Assembly (NCBI GenBank): GCA_965237415.1
Contig: CBDEFM010000002.1
Coordinates: 1,760,001-1,824,000 of the forward strand
Reading direction: 5' to 3'
Source: Alphaproteobacteria bacterium
GTDB lineage: Bacteria; Pseudomonadota; Alphaproteobacteria; UBA828
Length of the DNA stretch: 64,000 bases
The notes under the pieces are model-generated. The model was not told the origin of the DNA, did not search any database, and worked only from the letters and a program-made list of their open reading frames with translations. Shown piece by piece: positions 17,878-27,869 of the stretch (position 1 is the stretch's first letter; the number at the start of each line of letters is the position of its first letter). Made by a program: the position numbers and the translations under genes.

Positions 17878-18665
17878 CCGGCGAGGGCGCGTGCGGCTGC
17901 GGTGCGCTCGTGCAGCCCGCGCAGCGCGGCCAACTCGTCGTCGGTCGGCGCGGGAGTCACGGAGAGGTCATCGGCAATCGCGAGCGGCCAGCCGGTGGCG
18001 GCCAGCACGTCGTCCACCGCTACGCCCGGATGAGTGTGGATGAGGGTGAGCTCGCGGCTCTCCGGATGGGGTTCCAGAATGCCGAGATCGGTGATGACCG
18101 TGGTGGGCCCGCGGCCGGGGAGACCTTCGCGCTCGCGCCAGTCGCCGCCGGTCAAGTGGCCGGCTGAGGTCACGAATTCCACCTGCTCGACGAAGCCGCG
18201 CCGCGACTGGCGCATGATGACGAAGACCTCGCCGGCCAGCGCCGCTATTTCAGGCGCGCCGCCGGCGCCGGGAAGCCGGGTCTTGGGTTGCGCGTAGTCA
18301 CCGATCACGGTCGTGTTGATGTTGCCGAAGCGGTCGATCTGCGCGGCACCCAGGAAGCCCACCGTGATGCGCCCGCCTTGGAGCCAGTAGCGAAAGACTT
18401 CGGCAGTGGAGACCACGAAGTCGGCGGTCTCGGCGAGCTCGCTGTCGCCGATGGAGAGCGGCAGAACCGTTGGCTTCGCCCCGATGGTGCCGGACTCGTA
18501 AATCAACACCGCATCCGGCGCGTGGGAGGCGCGGGCGAGATTGGCGGCGGCGCTCGGCAGGCCGATGCCGACGAAGCAGACCGTACCGCTATCGATGAGC
18601 CGCGCCGCGGCGACGGTCATCATCTCGTCGGCGGTGAAGCCCTGTTCGCTCATGGAGTCAGTCAT
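17874..18665 (-). CDS. CoA-transferase beta subunit (GctB/CatJ-like)
   Basis: CFVGIGLP, LIYESG, GAAQIDRFGNINTT, RLPGAGGAPEI. Confidence 0.9.
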   Translation of the reverse strand: MTDSMSEQGFTADEMMTVAAARLIDSGTVCFVGIGLPSAAANLARASHAPDAVLIYESGTIGAKPTVLPLSIGDSELAETADFVVSTAEVFRYWLQGGRITVGFLGAAQIDRFGNINTTVIGDYAQPKTRLPGAGGAPEIAALAGEVFVIMRQSRRGFVEQVEFVTSAGHLTGGDWREREGLPGRGPTTVITDLGILEPHPESRELTLIHTHPGVAVDDVLAATGWPLAIADDLSVTPAPTDDELAALRGLHERTAAARALAG

Positions 18666-18821
18666 GGACACTCTCATAGCCGCATCGACCCGGCCGATGA
18701 AAGAGCAAGCCGGAGGCCACCGTCCCCGCGCCGGTGCCGCCCTTGCCCGCGCCGCGCGGTTACGATAGGGAGGCAGCGCAGCGGCGAAGCGGGCGCGCCG
18801 CCGACGGCAGGACGAGGGGCG

Positions 18822-19802
18822 GTGGCGCTGCTCACGGTCGAGAACCTGACCAAGATCTTCACGGTCGGCAAGGGCGAGGAGTTGATCGCGGTCAACAACG
18901 TCTCGTTCACGCTGGAGCGCGGGGAGACGCTGGGCCTGGTCGGCGAGAGCGGCTCCGGCAAGACCACGGTCGGCCGCTGCGTGCTCAGGCTGATCGAGCC
19001 CACCGAGGGGCGGATCGCGCTCGGCGACCAGGAGATCAGCGAACTCGATCCGGCCGGGCTCCGGGCGCTCAGGGCGCGGATGCAGCTGGTCTTCCAGGAC
19101 CCCTTCGGCTCGCTGAACCCCAGGCTCACCGTCTACCAGACGGTGGACGAGCCGCTCGCGCTGCACGGCAAGGGGCGCGCCGAGCGCAGGCCCCGCGTCG
19201 GCGCCATGCTGGAGCGTGTAGGCCTCTCGACCGACGTCTTCAACTACTATCCGGCGGACCTGACGGCGAGCGAGCAGCAGCGGGTCGGTATCGCCCGCGC
19301 GCTCGTCACCGAGCCCGAGTTCGTGGTGCTCGACGAGCCGACCTCCATGCTCGACCCCTCGGCGCGGGCCGAGATTCTGGACCTCCTGAAGGCGATCCAG
19401 GGCGAGACGAACACCGCCTACATCTTCATCTCTCACGACCTGACCTCGGTCGCGAAGATCAGTCATCGCATCGCGATCATGTATCTCGGCCATATCGTCG
19501 AACACGCACCGACCGACATCATCATGGAGAGCCAGCGCCATCCCTATAGCCGCGCCCTGCTCTCTGCGGTGCTGTTCCCGGACCCGAAGCGCCGCCCGGA
19601 TCCCTACGTCATCGAAGGCGAGATCCCGACGGCGATCAATCCGAAGCCCGAATGCCCCCTCTACGGCCGCTGCCCGATCCGCGAAGACGCCTGCCAGGAG
19701 GCGGTGCCGCCGCTGGTGGAGGTGGAAGCAGTGCATTATTCAGCCTGCCGGCGCTGGGACGACGTCGCCGCGTCGATGGCGGACGCGCGTGCGACGGCGT
19801 AG
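18822..19802 (+). CDS. Oligopeptide/dipeptide ABC ATPase (DppF-like), degenerate signature
   Basis: GESGSGKT, VFQDP, LTASEQQR in place of LSGGQ, VLDEP, ISHDL, HPY, C-terminal Cys cluster. Confidence 0.9.
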   Translation: MALLTVENLTKIFTVGKGEELIAVNNVSFTLERGETLGLVGESGSGKTTVGRCVLRLIEPTEGRIALGDQEISELDPAGLRALRARMQLVFQDPFGSLNPRLTVYQTVDEPLALHGKGRAERRPRVGAMLERVGLSTDVFNYYPADLTASEQQRVGIARALVTEPEFVVLDEPTSMLDPSARAEILDLLKAIQGETNTAYIFISHDLTSVAKISHRIAIMYLGHIVEHAPTDIIMESQRHPYSRALLSAVLFPDPKRRPDPYVIEGEIPTAINPKPECPLYGRCPIREDACQEAVPPLVEVEAVHYSACRRWDDVAASMADARATA

Positions 19803-19970
19803 CCAAGCGTCGCGTCCGGTGCGGCGCCCGACAACAGGAAACGGCCTTCGCTGAAATTTGAACGAGCGCTTGTTCTAGTTTTCTTCTAATATCCGGCCGC
19901 GTGCGGCGACGCGCGCACTTGCGCGCGCCGGCCGGTCCTGCGGCGCAATGGGAGACTGAGGAGAGACGAC

Positions 19971-21638
19971 ATGACATTGGGTGACATCACGAGACGCGGC
20001 CTCGCGGTCGCGGCCACGGCAGCGCTCGCCGCGCTGGTGGCAGCGGCGCCGCCGAAGCCGGCATCCGCCAATCAGGACACGATGGTAATCGCCATCGGCG
20101 CCCTGCCGCAGGGCATCGACCTCGACAAGCATGTGAGCCCCCAGACCTGGAGCATGGGTGCACAGGTGCTCGAGGACGGCATGAACTGGGAGTCGATCGA
20201 CTTCCCCTTCTCGACCGGCGACGCCTGGGATCCGTCCACCATCCCCGGCTTCATGTATCCCGACTACATGGGCCAGAAGACCCTGGTGCCGGGCATCATG
20301 GAGAAGTGCGAGATGGACGAGGACGGCCTGCGCGCCGTCTACCACCTGCGCAAGGGCGTGATCTCGCCCTGGGGTAACGAGTTCACCGCCGACGACGTGC
20401 TCTGGCGGATCGAACGCGGCAAGGCCACGCAAGCAATCAACAATTTCCTCGAGTTCCTGCTCAGCATGCCGGGCCAGACCATCGACCCGCCCGAGAGCGG
20501 CGGCTACGCCAAGATCGACGATTATACCGTCGAGCTCACCTCTTCGCGGCCCATGCCGCTCGCCTGCAAGGGGCTGACCAACTACTACAACGCCTGGCTC
20601 GACTCGACCGAGATCATGAAGAACGCCACGGAGGAAGACCCCTGGGGCGACAAGTGGGTCGCGACCAACGGCGGCGGCTTCGGCGGCTACCGGGTGACCG
20701 AATGGACCGCCGGCAAGCGGGTCGTTATGGAGGCCAACGAGAACTACTGGCGCGGTGCGCCGGAGATCAAGCGCATCATTTATCTGGTGGTGCCGGAATC
20801 GGCCAACCGCGTGGCGCTGCTCAAGCAGAGCAAGGTGCACATGGCCGAGGGGCTGTCGCCGGACGAGATCGTGGCGCTTGCGGATGATGCGAACGCCCGC
20901 GGCGTTGCGGTACGCGGCAACCAATCCATGTGGATAATGATCAACAATACGCTGCCGCCCTACGACAACGTGAAGGTGCGTCAGGCGATGAATCACCTCA
21001 TCAACCAGGAGGCGATCATCCGCGACATCTACCACGGCATGATGAACCGCTGGCAGGGCGTAATGCCGAGCACCTATCCGGGCTACGAGCAGCACCTCAA
21101 GTACGATTTTAACCCGGAGAAGGCGAAGGCGCTCCTCGCCGAGGCAGGCTTCCCCGACGGCTTCGACGCCGAGCTCTCGTTCGACGCGGCCGTGGCGGCG
21201 ATGGAATCGATCGGCGTCCTGTTGCAGAGCGACTTCAGGAAGGCCGGTATCAACCTCTCGCTGAGGAAGCTGCCGACCGCCGCGAACTCGGACAATGTGA
21301 TGAGCAAGCAGGGCTCGCTCGCGCTGTGGACGGACATGCCCATTCAGCCCGACGTCAACTACGCGTTGAAGCTGGTGTGGCCGACCAACGCTCTCGTCAA
21401 CTACCACAACTTCTCCGACCCAAAGGTCGACCAGGTGCTGCAGGACGGCCAGGGCGTGGTGGACCCGGAGGCGCGCATCGCCGCCCATGCCGGCATCCAG
21501 GAGCATATCCACGACCTGGCACCGCTGGGCTGGATCGGCGAGCACTATTTCGCCGTCGGCCTCTCGCGGAAGGTCAGCAACTTCCGCTGGTACACGACGC
21601 AGTACTACCATGTGGCGGAAATGAGCATCGCCGACTGA
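19971..21638 (+). CDS. ABC substrate-binding protein, family 5
   Basis: TRRGL Tat-like signal, FTADDV, NENYWRG, KAKALLAEAGFPDG. Confidence 0.9.
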   Translation: MTLGDITRRGLAVAATAALAALVAAAPPKPASANQDTMVIAIGALPQGIDLDKHVSPQTWSMGAQVLEDGMNWESIDFPFSTGDAWDPSTIPGFMYPDYMGQKTLVPGIMEKCEMDEDGLRAVYHLRKGVISPWGNEFTADDVLWRIERGKATQAINNFLEFLLSMPGQTIDPPESGGYAKIDDYTVELTSSRPMPLACKGLTNYYNAWLDSTEIMKNATEEDPWGDKWVATNGGGFGGYRVTEWTAGKRVVMEANENYWRGAPEIKRIIYLVVPESANRVALLKQSKVHMAEGLSPDEIVALADDANARGVAVRGNQSMWIMINNTLPPYDNVKVRQAMNHLINQEAIIRDIYHGMMNRWQGVMPSTYPGYEQHLKYDFNPEKAKALLAEAGFPDGFDAELSFDAAVAAMESIGVLLQSDFRKAGINLSLRKLPTAANSDNVMSKQGSLALWTDMPIQPDVNYALKLVWPTNALVNYHNFSDPKVDQVLQDGQGVVDPEARIAAHAGIQEHIHDLAPLGWIGEHYFAVGLSRKVSNFRWYTTQYYHVAEMSIAD

Positions 21639-21807
21639 CGGCGCCACACCCGAGCATCCCTCGGGACGAGCGCGCATGAAGGCGCTTGGCCGGGGCGGCG
21701 GATTTTCCCCGCCGCCCCGGCTTTCTTCCCCATTTGCCGCCCCGGCCGCGGCGCGTCCGTCCGTCCGGCACGCCCGTCGCGGCACGGCCGGCTGATCGGG
21801 CGCACCG

Positions 21808-22863
21808 ATGCGTCTTACACTCTATATCGGGCGCCGCTTTCTCTTCCTGATTCCCCAGGTCTTTCTGATCTCGTTCATCACCTTCGTGCTGGTGCGCCTG
21901 CTGCCGGGCGACCCCGCGCGCCTCTCGCTGGGGCCGCTCGCGCCCGAATCCTCGGTCGAGACGCTGCGCGCCAAGATGTATCTGGACCGGCCGATCCCCG
22001 AGCAATATGTGATCTGGCTGGAGAACGCCTTTCAGGGCGATCTCGGCGAGTCCTGGGTCAACAACACGCAGGTGATCGACGATCTGGTCCAACGCATTCC
22101 GGTGACGCTGGAGCTCATCTTCCTCTCGCTGTTCGTCGTCTTCCTGGTGCTGGTTCCGCTCGCCATCATCACCGCGAGCCGCACCCGGAACTTGATCGTT
22201 CGGATGTTCCAGAACATCACCTTCGGCTACGGCATGTTGGCCGGCGCCCTGCCGGACTTCCTGCTCGGCCTGGTGCTGATCTTCTTCCTCTTCGCGGGTG
22301 CGGCGGGGCTGATGCCGGCGGAGATTCTGCCTGGGCCGGAGGGGCGGCTCGGCATCCTCGACTTCGACCCGCCCTTCGTGACCGGCTCGATCCTGATCGA
22401 CTCGCTGATCGCGGGCGACTTCGAGATTTTCTGGTCGGGCTTCATGCATCTGATCATGCCGGTCTTCACCCTCTCCTTCGTCTACGGCGCGCCCATCTTC
22501 AAGATGCTGCGGAGCCAGATGGAAGGCGCGCTCAAGGCCGACTACACAACCTATGCGGAGGCCGTGGGACTCGCGCCCAGCATCGTGCTCACACGCGCCG
22601 CCAGGGTCGCCGCGGGCCCGACGCTGGTCATCACCGGCGTCGTGGTGATGTTCCTGCTCGGCGGCGCTGTGCTGGTGGAACGGGTGTTCAACTACGTCGG
22701 GCTCGGCCAGTACGCGATCAACGGCATCGTCACCGCCGACTATGCACCGATCCAGGGCTTCGTCTGCTTCGCCGCGATCTTCACGATGCTGGTCTATCTC
22801 GCCGTGGACCTGATCCACTTCGCGATGGACCCCCGCATCAAGATCGGCGGAACTCAGGCCTAG
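21808..22863 (+). CDS. ABC permease (DppB-like)
   Basis: LPGDPAR, RIPVTLEL, VERVFNYVGLG, DPRI. Confidence 0.92.
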   Translation: MRLTLYIGRRFLFLIPQVFLISFITFVLVRLLPGDPARLSLGPLAPESSVETLRAKMYLDRPIPEQYVIWLENAFQGDLGESWVNNTQVIDDLVQRIPVTLELIFLSLFVVFLVLVPLAIITASRTRNLIVRMFQNITFGYGMLAGALPDFLLGLVLIFFLFAGAAGLMPAEILPGPEGRLGILDFDPPFVTGSILIDSLIAGDFEIFWSGFMHLIMPVFTLSFVYGAPIFKMLRSQMEGALKADYTTYAEAVGLAPSIVLTRAARVAAGPTLVITGVVVMFLLGGAVLVERVFNYVGLGQYAINGIVTADYAPIQGFVCFAAIFTMLVYLAVDLIHFAMDPRIKIGGTQA

Positions 22864-22878
22864 AGGCGGCGCACGGGT

Positions 22879-24609
22879 ATGGTCTGGCTCCGCATCAAGC
22901 GCACGCTCCGGGCGCTGCCGAAATGGCAGCTTGCCGTGCTGGCGATGTTCTTCGGATGGCTCTTCCTCACCATCTTCGGCCCCTATCTCGCGCCCTTCCC
23001 AACCGAGGTCGCCGAACCGACCACCCGCCTGCTGCCGCCCAGCGGTACGTACCCGTTCGGCACCGACGAGAACGGGATCGATATCTTCTCCCGCGTGTTG
23101 GCGGCGCCCCGCACCGATGTGGTGATCGGCGTCGTCGCCACCGCGATCTCGGTCCTGCTGGGCGCGCCGCTCGGCGTCATCGTCGCCCTCTACGAGAGCC
23201 GGGGCGGGGCGGGCTCGACCGCGTTCGCCGAGACCTTCATGCGCGTGCTGGAGGTCATCCAGTCCTTCCCCGTATTCGTCTTCGCGATGGTCCTGGTTGC
23301 GGTCTTCGGCGGCAGCGTCACCAACATCATCATCGCCATCGCCTTCGTGAACACGCCGGTCTTCGTGCGCATCGTGCGCTCTGACGTGCTCACGCTGGTG
23401 CAGCGCCCCTTCGCCGAGGCCGCGCGTGCCGTCGGCAACCGCGAGGTGCGCATCGGCTTCCGCCACGTGCTGCCCAACGCGCTGCCGACCGTCCTCGTGC
23501 AGGTCTCGGTCACGGTGGGCTTCGCCATCCTGCTCACCGCGGGCCTGAGCTTCGTCGGCGCCGGGGTCAAGCCGCCGACGCCCGAGCTCGGCGCCATGAT
23601 CGCCTCTGGCGCCAAGTACCTGGAGCTCGGGCAGTGGTGGGCCGCGTTCTTCCCCGGCGTCACGCTCGGCCTGATCGTCTTCTCCTTCGGCATCTTCGGC
23701 GAGATCATGACCCGGGTGATGGAGCCACGCGCGGTGAGACGAGACACCGACCGCCGCCGCGAAGCCGCGCTGGAGACGGGCGGTGACGAGCCCGAGGTGC
23801 CGGAGGCCCCTGACCTCGCGCTCACACGTATGAGCGAGCCGGTGCTCGCGGTCGAGCATTTGGGCGTCGCCGCCGTCGACACGGGCCAGCCGCTGCTGAG
23901 TGAAATCCATCTCGCTCTCGAAGCCGGCCACAGCATGGGGATCGTCGGCGAATCGGGCTCCGGCAAGTCGGTGCTGGTGAAGACACTCCTGCAGCTCCTG
24001 CCGCCGGAGCTTGCCGTCACCTCGGGCTCCGTGCGCTACCTCGACCACGACCTGCTCACGATAGACAAGCGTTCGATGCGGGCGATGCGCACGACGCAGA
24101 TCGCGGCGATCCTGCCCAATGCGAAGTCGGCGCTGAACCCGCTCACCACCGTCGGCGACATGCTGCGCAGCGCGCTACAGGCGCACGAGAAGATCAGCGC
24201 GAAGGACGCCGAGGTGCGCGCAATCCAGCTCTTGGAGATGGTGGGCATCGCCGATCCGGCGCAGCGCCTGAGTGCCTTCCCCCACGAGCTGAGCGGCGGC
24301 ATGGCCCAGCGGGTGTGCCTCGCCATGGCGCTGATGTACCGGCCCAAGCTGCTCATCGCGGACGAGCCGACGGCAGGGCTCGACGTGACCATCCAGCGCC
24401 AGGTGCTCGACCTCACCCGCGCGCTGGCCGAGGATGCCGGCACGGCGCGCCTCCTCATCACAGGGGACCTCGGTATCGCCGCGCACTACTGCGACACGGT
24501 GGCAGTGATGCAGGCGGGGCGGATCGTCGAGATCAACGAGACCGACCGCCTGTTCGACGACCCCCGTCATCCCTACACCCGCCACCTGCTGGAGTGCGTC
24601 CAGGTTTGA
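22879..24609 (+). CDS. Fused ABC permease-ATPase (DppC-DppD-like)
   Basis: FGTDENG, RHVLPN permease then GESGSGKS, LSGGM, IADEP; H-loop reads ITGDL. Confidence 0.9.
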   Translation: MVWLRIKRTLRALPKWQLAVLAMFFGWLFLTIFGPYLAPFPTEVAEPTTRLLPPSGTYPFGTDENGIDIFSRVLAAPRTDVVIGVVATAISVLLGAPLGVIVALYESRGGAGSTAFAETFMRVLEVIQSFPVFVFAMVLVAVFGGSVTNIIIAIAFVNTPVFVRIVRSDVLTLVQRPFAEAARAVGNREVRIGFRHVLPNALPTVLVQVSVTVGFAILLTAGLSFVGAGVKPPTPELGAMIASGAKYLELGQWWAAFFPGVTLGLIVFSFGIFGEIMTRVMEPRAVRRDTDRRREAALETGGDEPEVPEAPDLALTRMSEPVLAVEHLGVAAVDTGQPLLSEIHLALEAGHSMGIVGESGSGKSVLVKTLLQLLPPELAVTSGSVRYLDHDLLTIDKRSMRAMRTTQIAAILPNAKSALNPLTTVGDMLRSALQAHEKISAKDAEVRAIQLLEMVGIADPAQRLSAFPHELSGGMAQRVCLAMALMYRPKLLIADEPTAGLDVTIQRQVLDLTRALAEDAGTARLLITGDLGIAAHYCDTVAVMQAGRIVEINETDRLFDDPRHPYTRHLLECVQV

Positions 24610-24657
24610 TCCGGCGAGGACGGCGGCAAGACGACAACCCAAGCGAATGAGACGACC

Positions 24658-25851
24658 ATGACGCGGCATGTGGAGATCGCAGGGGGCGGCTTTACCGGGC
24701 TCACCATGGGCACGGCGCTCGCCCAGACCGGCTGGACGGCGCGGGTGCATGAGCGCTCGGCGGAGATCCGCGCCTTCGGCGCCGGCATCTGGATCTGGGA
24801 CAACGGCGTGCGCGTGCTCAAGGCGATCGGCGCGGCCGACGATGCGCTCGAAGGCTGCACGGAGGCGCCGACCTATATCAGCCGCGACGCCAACGGCCGC
24901 TTCATCGACGAGGTGCCGTTCGCGCCCATCACCAGCACCGATCGCTCGCGCATGTTCTGCATCACCCGCCAGCAGCTCCTGAGCGCGATTCTCGGCGCAG
25001 CGGAGCGGGCCGGGGTGGAGATCGTCACCGAATCGACCGCGACCGGCGCACGGCCCGACGGCACGCTGCTGATGGAAGATGGGCGGGAATGGCCGGCGGA
25101 CCTTGTCATCGCCGCCGACGGAATCAACTCCAAGGTGCGCGATTCGCTCGGCCTGCTGAAGAGCCGCAAGCCCCATGTCGATGGCGCCGTTCGAGTCCTG
25201 GTGCCGCACGAGCCGGGCTACGCCGACACCGAGGAGGGCCGCACCATCCGCGAGTGGTGGAACGGCTACCGGCGGGTGCTCTACACGCCGTGCACCAGCG
25301 AGGTCTTTTATCTCTGCTTCACCATGCTCGCGCGGGACGCAGAGGCGTCCCAGATTCCCCTGCCGCGGGCGATCTGGACCGAATCCTTCCCGCACCTCCA
25401 ATCGATGATCGGCCGGGTACCGGACGAAGGGCGCTACGACCGCTTCGAGACGATCAAGCTCAAGGCGTGGAGTAAGGGCCGGGTGGCGATCGTGGGCGAT
25501 TCGGCCCACGCCATGTCGCCGGGGCTCGGCCAGGGCTGCGGCACGGCAATCTCGAACGCCCTCTCGCTCTCCAACATGCTGCAGGAATCCGACGACATCG
25601 ACCGGGTGCTGAGGCGCTGGGAGACCCGCCAGCGGCCGATCTCCGAGCACACACAGCTCTGGTCGACGATCACCTGGCCGCTCACGCTCTGGCCTCACTG
25701 GGCGGCGCGGCTCTACTACAACCTGCCGATCTTGCACCCCTGGATGTTGAAACAACGGCGCAAGCCGTCCGAATTCTACGCCTACGGCACCGAGAAGCAG
25801 GTGCGCTGGATGCCGCCCCACATGCGCACCGAGGCCGAGGCAGCCGCGTAA
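24658..25851 (+). CDS. FAD-dependent monooxygenase, MHPCO (2-methyl-3-hydroxypyridine-5-carboxylate oxygenase)-like
   Basis: EIAGGGFTG, EIRAFGAGIWIW, ADGINSKVRDS, RVLYTPC, GDSAHAMSPGLGQG. Confidence 0.85.
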   Translation: MTRHVEIAGGGFTGLTMGTALAQTGWTARVHERSAEIRAFGAGIWIWDNGVRVLKAIGAADDALEGCTEAPTYISRDANGRFIDEVPFAPITSTDRSRMFCITRQQLLSAILGAAERAGVEIVTESTATGARPDGTLLMEDGREWPADLVIAADGINSKVRDSLGLLKSRKPHVDGAVRVLVPHEPGYADTEEGRTIREWWNGYRRVLYTPCTSEVFYLCFTMLARDAEASQIPLPRAIWTESFPHLQSMIGRVPDEGRYDRFETIKLKAWSKGRVAIVGDSAHAMSPGLGQGCGTAISNALSLSNMLQESDDIDRVLRRWETRQRPISEHTQLWSTITWPLTLWPHWAARLYYNLPILHPWMLKQRRKPSEFYAYGTEKQVRWMPPHMRTEAEAAA

Positions 25852-25924
25852 GGCACGCCGCACGCAGGCACCGCAGCGCAGGCCGGTCCGTAGCGGCAGG
25901 GCATGAGCGGCGGATGAGGCGAGC

Positions 25925-27118
25925 ATGACACGACATGCAGAGATCGCCGGCGGCGGATTCACCGGGCTCACGATGGGCGCGGCGCTCGCCCAGGCAGGCT
26001 GGACGGTGCGCGTCCACGAGCGCACGCCGGAGATCCGCGCCTTCGGCGCCGGCATCTGGATCTGGGACAACGGCGTGCGCGTCCTCAAAGCAATCGGCGC
26101 GGCGGACGACGCGCTCGAAGACTGCACCGAGGCGCCGACCTACATCAGCCGGGACGCCAAGGGCCGCTTCATCGACGAGGTGCCCTTCGCGCCCATCACC
26201 AGCACCGATCGCTCACGCATGTTCTGCATCACCCGCCAGCAACTCCTGAGCGCGATTCTCGGCGCAGCGGAGCGGGCCGGTGTGGAAATCGTTATCAGTT
26301 CTTCGGCGACCGGCGCGCGGCCCGACGGCACGCTCATTACCGAGGACGGACGCGAATGGCCGGCTGACCTCGTCATCGCCGCCGACGGGATCAACTCCAA
26401 TGTGCGGGACTCGCTCGGCCTCATGAAGAGCCGCAAGCCCCACGTGGATGGCGCCATCCGCGTCCTCGTACCGCACGAGCCGGGCGACGCCGATACCGAA
26501 GAGGGTCGCACCATCCGCGAGTGGTAGAACGGCCACCGGCGGGTGCTCTACACGCCGTGCACCAGCGAGGTCTTCTATCTCGCCTTCACCATGCTCGCGA
26601 GCGACAGGGAGGCGTCGCAGCTGCCGCTCCCACGGGCGCTCTGGATCGAGGCCTTCCCGCACTTGGAATCGATGATCAACCGGGTGCCGGACGAGGGGCG
26701 CTACGACCGCTTCGAGACGATCAAGCTCAAGGCGTGGAGTAAGGGCCGGGTGGCGATCGTGGGCGATTCGGCCCACGCCATGTCGCCGGGGCTGGGCCAG
26801 GGCTGCGGCACGGCGATCTCGAACGCCCTCTCGCTCTCAAACATGTTGCAGGAATCCGACGACATCGACCGGGTGCTGAGGCGCTGGGAGACCCGCCAGC
26901 GGCCGATCTCCGAGCACACACAGCTCTGGTCGACGATCACCTGGCCGCTCACGCTCTGGCCTCACTGGGCGGCGCGGCTCTACTACAACCTGCCGATCCT
27001 GCACCCCTGGATGCTGAAGCAGCGGCGCAAGCCGTCCGAATTCTTCGCCTACGGCACCGAGAAGCAGGTGCGCTGGATGCCGCCCCACATGCGCGCCGAG
27101 GCGGGAGCGGCGGCGTAG
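25925..27118 (+). pseudogene. Tandem paralog of the monooxygenase with in-frame TAG
   Basis: Same 1194-nt length, collinear; TGG->TAG at 26525-26527. Confidence 0.88.
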
Positions 27119-27164
27119 GACACGCCGCGCGCAGCCCAGCATGGTTGCGCCCATTTGCGGCGTA

Positions 27165-27183
27165 TAGCGCCACACGCTACAAT
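27165..27183 (+). promoter_or_regulatory. higBA operator palindrome overlapping a -10 box
   Basis: TAGCG-N5-CGCTA followed by TACAAT just upstream of GTG 27190. Confidence 0.55.
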
Positions 27184-27189
27184 ATCTCC

Positions 27190-27462
27190 GTGAGGATCAG
27201 GCACAAGGGTCTGCGAGCGTTGCACCAACGGGACGATCCGTCTCGATTGCCCGCACACCTGGTCCCACGGCTTCGGCGCATCCTCTTCCGGCTGCAAGAG
27301 GCATCTCATCCGCGCAGCGCCGACGCGCCCGGCTTCCGGTTGCATCCTTTGACGGGCGACCGGGCAGGCCAATGGAGCGTGCGCGCCTCCGGCAACTGGC
27401 GCGTGGTGTTCCGCTTCGAGGATGGCGAGGCCGTTGATGTCGACCTGATCGATTACCACTGA
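27190..27462 (+). CDS. higB: HigB/RelE-like toxin
   Basis: IRHKGL...PGFRLHPLTGDRAGQWSVRASGNWRVVFRF...VDLIDYH. Confidence 0.9.
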   Translation: MRIRHKGLRALHQRDDPSRLPAHLVPRLRRILFRLQEASHPRSADAPGFRLHPLTGDRAGQWSVRASGNWRVVFRFEDGEAVDVDLIDYH

Positions 27463-27481
27463 TCGGAAGGAGCATCGACCG

Positions 27482-27796
27482 ATGAGCGACGACGATAGTG
27501 ATCGTGTGGGGGCAATGCTGAACCCGCCGCACCTGGGCGAGCTGATTCGCGAGAGCATGGAAGAGGTCGGCTGGAACGTCACCGGGACGGCCGGCCGCCT
27601 GGGCTGCGAGCGCGGCACGCTGTCGCGACTGCTGAATGGTAGAGCCGGCGTCTCGGCGACCATGGCACTGGCGCTGGAAGACATCGGCTGGGGCACCGCC
27701 GAGCACTGGATACGCATGCAGGCGAGCTACGAACTGGCTCAAGCGCGACGGGAACGTGTAGCCGCGGTTCAGGCGGCAAGGGGCGGGGTTTCCTGA
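27482..27796 (+). CDS. higA: HigA antitoxin (HTH)
   Basis: NPPHLGELIRE...LSRLLNGRAGVSATMALAL...WIRMQASYEL. Confidence 0.9.
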   Translation: MSDDDSDRVGAMLNPPHLGELIRESMEEVGWNVTGTAGRLGCERGTLSRLLNGRAGVSATMALALEDIGWGTAEHWIRMQASYELAQARRERVAAVQAARGGVS

Positions 27797-27869
27797 AACG
27801 GCCGTGAGCACATCTCTAAGGTAGTTCCGCGTGCGGCGCTGAGGGAGCGCCGCGCCCGCTGAGGTTGGA

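Noticed and set aside
26525-26527. Programmed amber recoding (pyrrolysine) in the second monooxygenase
   Set aside because: The paralog has Trp (TGG) here, a single transition explains it, TAG is a normal stop in many genes here, and no pyl genes are visible.
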